A stretch of 63,844 nt of DNA, filler included, from Octopus bimaculoides (taxonomy: Eukaryota): NCBI RefSeq assembly GCF_001194135.2. It is 6 parts of 5 records of this genome, joined end to end, with 100 filler letters (N's around TTAATTAATTAA, not from the genome) between each part and the next. Parts side by side here need not be neighbours in the genome. Positions count along the whole stretch, not along the records: positions 1 to 23,503 come from NC_068982.1; 5 more parts are not named here. One strand, given 5' to 3'. The notes below the pieces were generated by a model that saw only the letters and a list, made by a program, of their open reading frames with translations, was not told the DNA's origin and did not search any database. Shown in pieces: positions 1 through 12,100 of this stretch. A program made the translations under genes and the position numbers. Numbering within the stretch: position 1 is the stretch's first letter; each line of letters begins with the position of its first letter.

Positions 1-227
1 TATGTGATCTCAAATTTTAAAGCAAACACATAATTTTCTTATGGTTTCGTAAACATTCACTTGAACAAAACTGTACAAATCCAAATATATGGTACCCTAG
101 GCATAACACCTACATAAACTTCTAACTTGTTGTCTCTTGAGGTCTCTGGGTGAGACTTGGATCCAACTTGTACAAATGCAAAACAAAAGTCAAACATAAA
201 ATAATAATAATAATAATAATAATAATA
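1..227 (+). mobile_element. 3' end of a non-LTR retrotransposon (probably R4/Dong-like) with (TAA)n tail
   Basis: UTR-like sequence ending ...CAAAAGTCAAACATAAAA runs directly into a (TAA)n tail at 200-227. No coding motif is visible, so the family assignment is by resemblance only. Confidence 0.4.
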
Positions 228-254
228 ATTATTATTATTATTACTATTATTATT

Positions 255-660
255 CCCTTTGCCTGGCTTCTAACGCTGGAGATGTACTACAGTGTCAGCT
301 GTTCACTACCAGTGAACTAAGGAAACACCTCTTATTTTTCGAGCACCTTCTGGAGTATTCGAGCGGTTCCAAACAGTGCTGTTTACTGCAAGTGCTCCAC
401 CCTTATTGCAGCCCCTATTTTTTCCACGTACTTCTCGAGATCTTTACTCACTGTTCCCAAGGCTCCGACAATTATTGATACTACTACCACCTTTTTCATC
501 GTCCACACCTGCTTTACCTCCCAAGCTAACCTGTCATATGTATCGACTTTTCTTTCTTCTTTCCGCATCCCTTGTTGTCAGCTGGGCATGCTATATCGAT
601 GATCCAGCATAGTTTGTTTTCTTTCTCAATTAAGACTATGTCTGGCTTCCTATTCTATTT
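255..660 (-). mobile_element. R4/Dong-like LINE C-terminal fragment (restriction-like endonuclease region)
   Basis: Minus strand reads NRKPDIVLIEKENKLCWIIDIACPADNK, then after a frameshift RKEERKVDTYDRLAWEVKQVWTMKKVVVVSIIVGALGTVSKDLEKY...VEHLQ. This is the PD..D REL motif plus the IVGALG motif of R2-superfamily LINEs. ATT/TAA microsatellites flank both sides. Confidence 0.8.
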
Positions 661-688
661 ATTGTTATTATTATTATTATTATTAGTA

Positions 689-757
<69 letters not shown>
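660..757. repeat. (ATT)n microsatellite
   Basis: Direct reading. Confidence 0.95.
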
Positions 758-758
<1 letters not shown>

Positions 759-789
759 TGTAACAACATGAATTCAGAAGCACAGTGCT

Positions 790-2280
790 GAGTTTATGTA
801 ACCTTTATTATCACGTTTTTATGCCTCGAGGAATTTAATTTTATCTTGAGCACTTTATGAGGTATTGAAACTGTTTATATTGACACACCAATGGTGAAAA
901 CTAGGACATTTTGAACAAGGAGAATCAAATAAAAGCAAAGGTGATCTGATGGTGAACCTCACAAATTCCTACGTGGCTATGCAACAAAAATATATCATGT
1001 TGCTAGAAAGATTAATGACATCAATCTGGATTATAAGTGAAGCTTTCGGAAGAGTTATATCTTGATACACAATGCTAATGTGACAGAGGCTGAAAAAACA
1101 AATTATAGCTGGTTGCTCTATTTCAGCAATCTTATTTGCTCTCTCCATTAACATGGTGATCATATCAGTAGGGGTGGAATTCCAAGGATCCCACACAAAG
1201 ACCGACTAAGGTAGCTACTATTGGATGATCTGGCCGTAACAACATCATAATTCACTGGTGGTAGGCGATTATTACAGATACTTGAGAAGCTTGTTTTATA
1301 GGTAAGAATGAGCTGCAGCCTAACAAATTGAAGGTTCTCTATACCGAAGAGAGGGTAAGTGTTAGAAAACACTCGCTTCACCTTATCCCAAGCCACAATA
1401 TCAAAATTAATAGAACACCCAACCAAGAGCTTGGATACATACTTTGGCAAAAGCAGCCAGGACGCTGGATCTTGGTTTACGAAGATTGGCAAATTCAGGT
1501 TACCTTGCTGATTCGAGGCATTGATATATCTGCGTGCTATCCCACAAGTAATTTTATGACCCGTATTACAATACTGTGTTAATATATAATCAATAAATAC
1601 CTTGCGTATGGCGAGGTTGCTCGGCTTATTAAGGAGTATAAGTAGTATTGCTCTGTACGGACCCATTATCATCTTACGAATTCCCATCCAGCAATATCTC
1701 AGAAGAGATTGTCTTAGTAATTGCAGGCACTTCAAGGCCCCTAAATAGTAGCAGCTATCATTGAAATCAAAACTAGAAAAAACTACATTGTTGCCCGAAA
1801 GTAGTATGTGGTAGAATAACGGTTGAAGCAGAAAACACCGTTGTTACTATGGCGAGAGGGCATGCAAGCTGAGTTAGTTTCCATGCTATCAGTTCGATAC
1901 GGCCAAAGGGAAAGAGCCACATCCTCTTCCAAGATGTGTGCACAAGTGCAAAGGAGGCAAGAGTTAGTATGGTATGAAGACTGAAACAACATAGAGCCTG
2001 GACAACTTACGATAACATACAGCAGCAAATTAACATTTGATCACATTACTGGTGTTCCGACATCTATCGTATTATTCCTGATCTAGACTGACTGCGTCAA
2101 CATATGAAGTCCATCAAACATTCATAAATGGGGCAGGAACGAGGCACTCTTTTGCCCTCTGCATGCTGGAAGAGGATACCTTTAACAACTTTACGGCAGC
2201 TGTTCCGAAACTTTGGCTGATGGCTGCTGCGACTGGCGTCGTGAACAGATACTCAAGGTAGTTGCAGAGATGGTCACAAC
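790..2280 (+). mobile_element. Degenerate HERO/NeSL-like (R2 superfamily) LINE: RT domain to zinc knuckle
   Basis: Manual + strand translation through stops and frameshifts gives QRLKKQIIAGCSISAILFALSINMVI, LLLDDLAVTTS*FTGGRRLLQILEKLVL*VRMS, IEHPTKSLDTYFGKSSQDAG, FRLPC*FEALIYLRAIPQVIL*PVLQY, ARLLGLLRSISSIALYG and FCPLHAGRGYL*QLYGSCSETLADGCCDWRREQILKVVAE. These are colinear with the recalled HERO-type ORF (GIITGCTISVILFALAMN; MDDLTVTT; WLGLPRSLSSIALYG; CPLC..RGSLEHILSCC..LGEGRYRWRHDQVL). Confidence 0.75.
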
Positions 2281-3539
2281 ACAACAAACTTCAGGCTATC
2301 CAGGAATGAAAAAAAAAACGCATTTATACAAATTAGGAGAGAAGTTGTTTTTGTTGCTATATTAGAAACCGTGTCCTCATTCCATTGCTCACTGGTACTG
2401 AATGTAAGCAACAAAATTTACATAAATATCCGTAGTCTTCCTTTGTTTTGTAGATTCGATCACAATTATGGGTCAACGTTACCGTATCATACTAAAGCTA
2501 TAGTATTTTATTGAAGTAGTGATATTAGTGATGTTTTGCATTTAATACTGGAAAAGTTAATATTTTTTATTGATTATGAATACTTGAAGACGTAGCTTTA
2601 CATAACTGCTCTTACATATTACTGGGGTAAATATTACCTACGTAGGGAGGATGAAAAGTTAACTGGTAGACGGAAGTGGTTGACATTAGAATATAGAGTG
2701 CCGAAACTATATAATGTAATATATACACAACGTATACTACTCAAAAACTTTTATTCAGATGTCCTTAGTGTAAAACTTTCTGACGCATTCCGCATGAAAA
2801 ATTAGATCTAAATTACATTACTGATATAAAGGACTACTTGCCTTATAGCGGGCAGAATACCAGACAGTGAACTTGTACATTTTTACTGCGTATTTTACCA
2901 ATATAAATGGTTGCCTTGCTAATGACAAAATTATTGCACAAATTCTCATGCGTTCTATTGTTAAAAAGTGAAAATACCCTAAAAGAATTCCCATTTGATG
3001 ATATTGAAACTGGACAGCTCTGTTAACACAGCTACTGTAATAATTGGCTGAAGCAGTTAGATTTGATACAGAGCAGATAGTAATATTGTTTTCAGATCAA
3101 ATAATATACATCATTCTCCCGTTGTCGAACGACGTAAAATTACTAATAATTTCAAAATACTACCATCGTTTCTAAATCTAATTATTTTGTTCTCTAAGTC
3201 TTCTCTTCGGCAGAACTTGCCTTGATATAGAATATAGTGTGATACTTAATAGATATTGAACGACTAGTCAGCTATACATCATTGGTTAATTACAGGATCG
3301 ATTTAATGGAAATTATGGATGTGTCTCACTATTATTTTTATTTTCAGTACTTTTATTTGTTGTATATGTTTTATCTAAAGATTCCTTACAGAAAGTATCA
3401 GAATGTCAGAAAAGTAGCAATATATCTCAAAGTAAATTTGATGGATGATAATACTAAATATAGAGCATTTACCTATTTTAAGAGCACTATTATAAAAGTT
3501 ATAGACAGATGTATTTTGAGAGAATGAGGTCAATATTTA

Positions 3540-3741
3540 TGTATGTATGTATGTATGTATGTATGTATGTATGTATGTACGCTCACACACATACATGCAC
3601 ACACAAATATCTACACACATATACACTCAGACATACAAACTCGCTCGTGCACATACACATTACATTTTGTGCACGCATATAAAGGTGAAATCTCAGGTAC
3701 CAATATATATACAGATCTAAATACACACACACACACACACA

Positions 3742-3826
<85 letters not shown>

Positions 3827-3830
3827 GCAT
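3540..3830. repeat. (TATG)n and (CA)n microsatellites
   Basis: Direct reading. Source of the spurious HTHT/CVCV ORFs. Confidence 0.95.
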
Positions 3831-3859
3831 ACATAGAAACATATGCACAGTACGTACAA

Positions 3860-4102
3860 AGGTGCAAGTATGGGAGTGTGTGATTAAGAATTTCGCTTTG
3901 CAGCTACGTGGTTTCCTGCTCGGTCGCACTGCGCGGCAGTTTGGGTAATGGTCTTCCACTATAGCTCCGGACCGACCAGTGCTCTGTGAAAGAATATGGC
4001 AGGCGGAAAATCTGTGTAAACCCGTCGCAGGATATGTGCGGCACTTTGTCGGTTTCCTTTCCCCAACGTAGCTAATATCATTTTTCAAGCGATGGTTGTG
4101 GG
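3860..4102 (+). mobile_element. tRNA-derived SINE, family B (degenerate, cut by gap)
   Basis: Head and body (TTGGGTAATGGTCTTCCACTATAGC...GGCGGAAAATCTGTGTAAACCCGTCG) match the reverse complement of the copies at 32201-32667 and 43677-44072. Confidence 0.65.
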
Positions 4103-4680
4103 NNNNNNNNNNNNNNNNNNNNNNNNNNNNNNNNNNNNNNNNNNNNNNNNNNNNNNNNNNNNNNNNNNNNNNNNNNNNNNNNNNNNNNNNNNNNNNNNNN
4201 NNNNNNNNNNNNNNNNNNNNNNNNNNNNNNNNNNNNNNNNNNNNNNNNNNNNNNNNNNNNNNNNNNNNNNNNNNNNNNNNNNNNNNNNNNNNNNNNNNNN
4301 NNNNNNNNNNNNNNNNNNNNNNNNNNNNNNNNNNNNNNNNNNNNNNNNNNNNNNNNNNNNNNNNNNNNNNNNNNNNNNNNNNNNNNNNNNNNNNNNNNNN
4401 NNNNNNNNNNNNNNNNNNNNNNNNNNNNNNNNNNNNNNNNNNNNNNNNNNNNNNNNNNNNNNNNNNNNNNNNNNNNNNNNNNNNNNNNNNNNNNNNNNNN
4501 NNNNNNNNNNNNNNNNNNNNNNNNNNNNNNNNNNNNNNNNNNNNNNNNNNNNNNNNNNNNNNNNNNNNNNNNNNNNNNNNNNNNNNNNNNNNNNNNNNNN
4601 NNNNNNNNNNNNNNNNNNNNNNNNNNNNNNNNNNNNNNNNNNNNNNNNNNNNNNNNNNNNNNNNNNNNNNNNNNNNNNNN

Positions 4681-4722
<42 letters not shown>

Positions 4723-7700
4723 TAGATAGATAGATAGTAGATAGATAGATAGATACATACATACATACATATATATACGTACATGCACACAAATCTAATA
4801 CATTGTAACCTCAATGCTTTTGTAAATAATAAGGAATTCTTACAAAATCACTCGGCTTTATGTAGGTGAATGGGAAAAGCAAATTTTAACGTTTTTTTTT
4901 CTGCGCTTGAATAACTACATATGTTGACCAAATTAGCATAAATTATAAAGAAAAATCTCTCTAATACTATACTAAATCATAGGAAGTTACGAACATATCT
5001 TTATACTTAAAAATAAACTTCAGAGTGTTTCATTCTATGAAGAAGAAATTTAATAACGCTTTGATTCTATATATTTAATATTTTACAGCGATCATAATTT
5101 GTTCTTGTTCTACTTTGATCCAATTTCTACGTGTTTAATTTGTATTCTTGTGTGTCGGATTTCTGCCTTGCCAAATTGAAATCTATTTTAGTTTCATTGA
5201 AAAGCCCATAATCCACCTACATTTCAGAGGAGACTTAAACTTCAATTGTAGAGAGCATATTTTCTGCGTTATCTATCTTAAAAATGAAATTCAGCATCGC
5301 AACATTCATCAAGTAAGAAGTTCTTCCTCTGCATATTGCAGACGATTGTAACTATCTCCACTGATTTACGACTAAGTAGAATCTGTCGTTGATTATATGA
5401 AATGTTTGCCACGAACTACATCTCGTTCTGTTGGTATTAAGCCATCTTATTGACGCTTAGGTTAATATGATATAATGAAAGTTTGTTCTTAACGTCTCAC
5501 AACATGGATAAAATTAGAAATAATTGTTCTGTCTAAAGTTTTATAGGAAGATTTTCTTTTGCATGCAATATGAATATTAACTTCTCCCATTGCTACAAGC
5601 TTATACATTTACAGGGAGATGGAAAATTAATCGAAAATAACCTATATTAGATTACTTCTGATATGTATATGGCACTCTCGCTGCTGCTACAGCGGCAGGG
5701 ACATATATCACTAACTGATCCAAAAGGAATGCTGTTCAACTAGTTAGCAAAGATTCATTCACTACAACCAGTAGTCCATAGATGCATGGTTTCCCAAGTA
5801 AGCAATAATACAACACCTCAAATACGAAGTCGATCTATTTTAATGCTGAGGGAGAAAAGAACACGAAGTTGATGTTTTAGATTCTGAAATTTAGAGTATG
5901 GTCACTTGTCAAGACAAAGGGTGAGAGTATAAAAACATACGAATAAAGACAAAACAATATTTAATCAAATGAGAACCATCTAGTGGCAGACAGGACTGCA
6001 AGTTGTTTGGTCACGGACTGAAGGTGTTTTCAATAAATAAGAGTAGAGAGTAAATGATAAATGACGATTGAATGTGGAAGACGATAGTGTTATTAAAAGA
6101 AGTATGAATGAGGTATGTCTCTAAAGGAGTAAGTAGAGTAATGAAGTGAAGATAATGAATGAGGTAAAGTGTCAGTGATATGTGAGTGTTCAATACGATG
6201 TAGTGAGTGTGCATCTGTCTATATATATATATAGGTGGGAGAGAGAGAGACCGAGAATGACGTGTCTGAGTAAAGTTTTATGTGAATGCATGTGTTTATA
6301 CGTAGACTAAGGCACAAGGTCAGACGGTGGCATATGTGACACATCTTAATGGAGGATAGAGTGTGGCGGTGTGGTGGATGGATGATGCAGTATGTCATTG
6401 TGGAGTAGAACAAAGCCGCACGTGTTTGAGAATTCAGTGTGCGAGTGCATGCGTGGGAAAAGGGTGGTGAAATATAATGCGTGTGTATTTGTACTTTAGA
6501 GGAAAACAAATGCATTTTAAAGACCAACATTCATTAGACGTGTATAAGTGGAAGATAAAACATTGTTCCTCCTATTAATACTTCTACCATTAGTAAATCG
6601 TCTCATGCTACCTGCACATATTTCTGCACTTATGGCAACCTGAGCTAGCTATCTACATACTTTCTGCACCGGTGTCTACTTATTTCTTCTCCCTTCAACC
6701 TTATATTTCTCATCTTCCAGATTCCACTCTAAATATGTTATTCAAACTTTCTTCTTCATAACTGTAATCGTTCGGAACATTCTTAACCTTCCACGCTTTT
6801 CATGTAAACAATTATTCATATTCAAACTGGTTTTCTCCCGATTTATTTCTTTGAAATTAACTGATTGGTGTGAGTACAACACATGGTACGTGCTATACTA
6901 TAAACGCAAAATCGTTTAAGTGGAAGCTGACTTCGGCATATTAAGATATATGGAACTGAACATTGCAATGTTTGCAGCCCAAATTGTTACAGTATCAACA
7001 TTAAGGACCAGAATGGAGATCGCTACATCTTCCCATCAGCAGCTGTGTTTTATGTAGTAGAAGTTATATGCAAGTATTAGTTATATGAAATTATTACACT
7101 GACTATAACACAGTCTAGTTATTGATTTATGCATTTATTTTGATAGGGCGGATATGCTAGAATATTTTAGGTTTCAGGTTAGCTATTGTCTCAAATAATT
7201 TCCTATAAGAAACGTAACTCAGCTTAATATTATTATCGTATTAATAATACACGCATTGAAAATAGTCGTTTGTTCAAGTTCTTTTTTGTAACGGTTGTAA
7301 TACGGACGTACTTAATATGTTCAACAAATATACACTTTTCTTCATTCGTTTGGTGAAATTTCTTTTGATCACTTATAATATTTCAGTATTTCACAAAAAT
7401 GTTTCCTGCCATTAAATTGGTGTTTCACTAAAGTGTTTCCTGTGTGTAAAATCATATTTCGAAAATTTTATTTTACTGACTGAATGGTATTAAGTAGGGC
7501 AGAAAAGAAATGCACAACACAAATCTATAAGTTGTTCACTTGTTTCTAAAATTAATGCTTAAGTAAAATTTTCGTATCTTGTCTCAGTTCGTATTTAAAT
7601 ACGGGATTAAGTACTCGGTTTTCTGTGTGCCCTGTACGAAGTTGACTGGTGTCCTCTCCAGTATGGTGATCAATCTCAATCAGTTTTAGCATTAAATTCT

Positions 7701-9013
7701 AAATGCTGCTTAGTTACACTTATATGCATTTATCTCACTGATATAAATGTATAAACTTATATGTGTACATACACTCATGGCGAGCACTATAGTGCAAGTA
7801 GCAACATCTTTACAAAACAAAATCTAGATCAGAGTTCGGCTCTTAATTTTCAAATAAATATTCCACATAGTCCCATAATCTCCTTGCAAAATGCACGATC
7901 GTAACGTTTCCCCTTCTCCCAAAGCCTGAAGTCAATAACGCCTATCACGAAAATGCAATTGTCTACTTTTATGAAAAACGAAAAGAAAAGGAAAATATCT
8001 CATACACTTATGAATACGTGACGATGGATGGATAATTTGAACGAAAGAAGAAAATAAAAGAAATACATAGAATGTGTGAGCGCAATAGATTAACTGACAG
8101 ATATGTATGTGTGTATGTGGGTGTGTGCCGCTAGAGTGATTGGGTGGTCGGGTAATAATAAATAGGTGGATGGATTGATTGTGCAGATGCATGCATATCT
8201 ACACTTTTCTGTGAGCGTGTGATAATTAAAGGGAAAAATGTTCATCATCATGCTAATAATCTTTCTTGTAAATAATTCACATAGAAGTGAATGTACAGCC
8301 CCGTTCTCTGCCAGCACACCACCACCTTACCATAGGTCTATCAATCAATGAGAAATCATTTAATCTAATCAAAGCATGAAAAGCTCTTCAGTTAGATATC
8401 AGAAGAAGAAGAAAAGTGCTAGACAATCAATAACGTGCCTTTCCCTCTTGCGGTTTAACGATCACTGTTATGTTTATCGCATAATTGCCATCATGTCTTT
8501 GTAGATTTGTATTCAGTATCGGTAAAGTTGGTTGGATGTTTTTTGTTTTTTTCCCCTTTTCAATCGTTTTTAGTTATTTTTGTGTTCTTTTTCGATCTCA
8601 ATGTTTTTATAAATTATTTTTAATTTCGTGTTAGTTTCATTGCTGCTTATTAATTATTAATTGGTTACCTCAAATGAACATGATGGCAGCATTAAACTGA
8701 CGCAGATGTATCGAATCTGACAATTCCCTAGACATTGGCTTGATGTAATTAAAGAATTTCTTTTATTTTATTTTCTAAATTTGGCTCACTATAAAAAATA
8801 TTATTCCTAATATTTTTAATATTTGTTGCTATCGCTGCAACAGTTATAGTAACTGTTGTTGTAGCTGTTGTTATTGTAGTTATTATCATTATTATTATTA
8901 TCTTTTATATTGCTATTTCTGTGGTGTTATTATTTATTTTCATTTAAGTAGTTGTTAGCAACTGGAATCCAAATGAAAATAAATGCTCATTTTATTCATA
9001 CCTCTTGCTCACT

Positions 9014-9142
9014 TTCTTCTTCTTCTTCTTCTTCTTCTTCTTCTTCTTCTTCTTCTTCTTCTTCTTCTTCTTCTTCTTCTTCTTCTTCTTCTTCTTCTTC
9101 TTCTTCTTCTTCTTCTTCTTCTTCTTCTTCTTCTTCTTCTTC
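9014..9142. repeat. (CTT)n microsatellite
   Basis: Direct reading. Confidence 0.97.
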
Positions 9143-10231
9143 TTTTCCTATTTTGTATTATTTTATTTATATGTTCAACGATCTAATTTTTTAAAAAATA
9201 GTTTCTTCTTATTTTCTGTTCAATTTTATCTTACATTTCAAGAAGCTAGTTCATTTAATAAAATTAATGTAATGTATTGCGCTTCTTCATTAAACTGTTT
9301 AATTACTTGAGACAAAACATTACTTAGAGAGATTTTAGATATGTTGTTACTGTTATTTTCGGTTTGTTCTTTTTTTCTCTCTCTAGTAGTTTCTCATTTA
9401 TAATTTCCCTTTGCAAGTATTCCATTTTTGAGTTGAAACCATATGAATTGATTCAGAATATTATTTCCTAGTTTTCGTAAGGTAGAAAAACAATCAACAT
9501 TATAAAATAAGAACACATGAGCAACCGTTGCCAACATCCCTCCTCCTTCGCATCATCATCACCATTACGTTTGTTGTCGACGCCGTAACCTCCACCACTG
9601 TCGCTGCAGCCGCCGCCATGGTCGCTGTCCGAACCTCCACTGTCGTCGTTATTCTTGTCGTCGTTGTCGTCATTGTCATCATCACCATCATCATCATAGC
9701 CGTCATCGATGTCCTTTCCCTCCACCTCGTTACTGTTATCTTTATCCTCAGCATGCAACAATAAAGTATCGTTCGGTCTCATCATAAATGCTAACCGTTT
9801 CTCAGTATATCACTAAAATTGTCTCAAATATTCGCTCGTCCTCTGTCCTTCTGTTTAATTTTTTCTTACATTTCCTCCGCATCATCGTTACCATGATTAT
9901 TTCCTTCAATTTCGTTAGTGTTAAATCCAGTACAATATATTTTAAAAACTATCTCATAATATGATTTTAATTCACAACTTATATCTGTTTAGCTTTTGTA
10001 TACCTTGCTAATTAACGTTTACAATGGATATTTTTCGCAATTAAGGGAAATCCTAAGTTTTTTTTTTAACATTTGCACAGAATATTATTCCATCTCTATG
10101 GCTGACGAGTTATAGAAAACTAATCCTTTGTTTTCAAGTTTGTTACATATTGTTACATCTGAACCAATTTCTATTAAAAATCAATGGAATAGTTTGTAAA
10201 TATTTCCCGAATTATTAGAATCTTCATAAAG

Positions 10232-10392
10232 TGTTGAGCTGGCAGAATCGTTAGCATGCTTAGCAGCATTTCACCCGGCTCTACGTTCTAAGTTAAAATT
10301 CCGCCGAGGTTGAACACTGAGGTCGAATTAATCGACTTTCCCCTTTCTCTGAAATTGCTGGTCCTGTGCCAAATTTTGAAACCATTATAAGT
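10232..10392 (+). mobile_element. SINE family A, internally deleted copy
   Basis: GAGCTGGCAGAATCGTTAGC head and GTGCCAAATTTTGAAACC tail are shared with the other family A copies. Confidence 0.7.
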
Positions 10393-10777
10393 AACTTGAT
10401 AAATATCACTATGCTGAATCGTACACTCAAGCCTAAAACATTGTCAACCACTGATAATCAGTTAAATATTTAGAGTTATTTCTGTTAATTTCTTTGTCAT
10501 TTTGTTTGCCCTCATAATTGAACAGTTGAAATTTGATAAGTATCTTTATAATAGAACATCCTTATATAGCATTATCATGAAAAGCTACACTAGAATTTGA
10601 TTATTCATTACATCTCGTGACTGATATCATCCAATTAGAAGAAATGCCTTACAACATTAAATTTTCTAACTCCCCATATTGAAGATTCCTCAGAATAAAG
10701 ATGGATTGAGCATCGGCAGAAAAATAATCAAGTACTTTGCTATTCAATAATAATAATAATAATAATAATAATGATAA

Positions 10778-11050
10778 AGGCCCGGATGCAGTACCTTTAG
10801 CCCCAGATGCAGTACCAGGCAGTAGCTCTCATGGCTTCTGATCTTAATTGATTGGAAGTGTCATCATGTAGATTGTTTTGTCTTGGTATAAAAGATGGGC
10901 TACAGCAAATATTCTGCTTAATACCACAGATTTGCTTGTCAGTTGTTTGACCTTAACCAGTTGAGCATGTCCCTTGGTGGTTGACGATATGTGCATCTCT
11001 GATCATGAGCAGAAGTAGTGGGGGAGCATCATAGCCATGTGTTGAGAAGA
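10778..11050 (-). mobile_element. Interspersed repeat (SINE or LINE 3' end) with (ATT)n tail
   Basis: Non-coding, GC-richer block abutting an (AAT)n run at 10748-10772. Family not determined. Confidence 0.45.
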
Positions 11051-11499
11051 ATTTGTTTTCATCAGGATAGACTATTTATTCACATTCAATGACAATAGCA
11101 TTTCAGCCGTCAGTGAGATATGAATCAGACTTCAAATAAATTTGTTCTTTCTATAAGAACATAACCTGTATATCCTTAACAATTTTGAATATTTAACATT
11201 TTTGGATGGAAGGAATACTAGCCTATCGATGTTAAAATTCTCAGATTATCCGGGGACTATATTGATCACGCAGACGGTTAAATAGACGTCTGTGTGAGTC
11301 TCAAACGCACAATGAGATGCTTGCAGTAAATTTAAGATTAGGCATTGAGAGGTTCGTGCAACATTAACACCTCGGTCATTTATGTTCTGCATTTCATTTT
11401 AGAAATCTCACTGAAATCGATATATCATATTGAAAAAGCTGAAATTGCGGCACATATGCAAACATACATAAGTGACATAGAATATTGTTCGACAAATAA

Positions 11500-12100
11500 G
11501 TAAAGTTAGATATGGTGCGAAAATGTTAGCAGTTCAAAATGTGAGCGGTAGAAACAACACTAGGTCGTTCTTTCAAGCAACTTCCTACCGAGCAAGTTGT
11601 AGGCACTTAGAAGGGAAAATACAATGTTCTGGTATAGTTAAAACCAATTTAGATGTAGAGGGCATATTATTTTGAATTATTAGGTAATGGTGTGCTTTTA
11701 AAACACCTAATGATGTATAATAGATATCCAAAGCAAAATACATTGATTATTGCAAGTATTAAAGTTATAAAGTAAGTGTTTAGTAAACTTTACTAAGTCA
11801 TTTGTTATATAGGAGGGGGTGATTTGAGAGAATGTTACAATGAAATTTATAGAGGTTAATGAGACAGTTAAGGTCAATGAGATTTTGCCAAGTATCAAAC
11901 ATGAGAAGATAGTAAAGGTAATTAGTTTGACCTCAGTGAATAGTTATTTCGTAGTGAAAGATTGATATGCTTTAGATATAGCTGGTCTCATCTGGAGATA
12001 AATAGATTTAATTTTGGGTTACTGACCCCGCAGTTGGCGATGCTCTTTCTTAGAAGTACTGGAATTGTTCATTAGAGCAGTAAGTAACGGATTGTGAGCG
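11500..12100 (-). mobile_element. Highly decayed Penelope-like RT relic
   Basis: Minus strand YLQMRPAISKAYQS ... ITPSYITNDLVKFTKHLLYNFNTCNNQCILLWISII resembles the PLE RT motifs LRPII and PSYIRDxxDFLxxL...LvsxDI. Many stops. Confidence 0.4.

Noticed and set aside
8499-8560. AG|A TTT GTA TTC (FVFSIG), resembling the start of the HGSNAT FVFIMG exon
   Set aside because: Similarity ends after three residues and the frame runs into poly-T and a stop.
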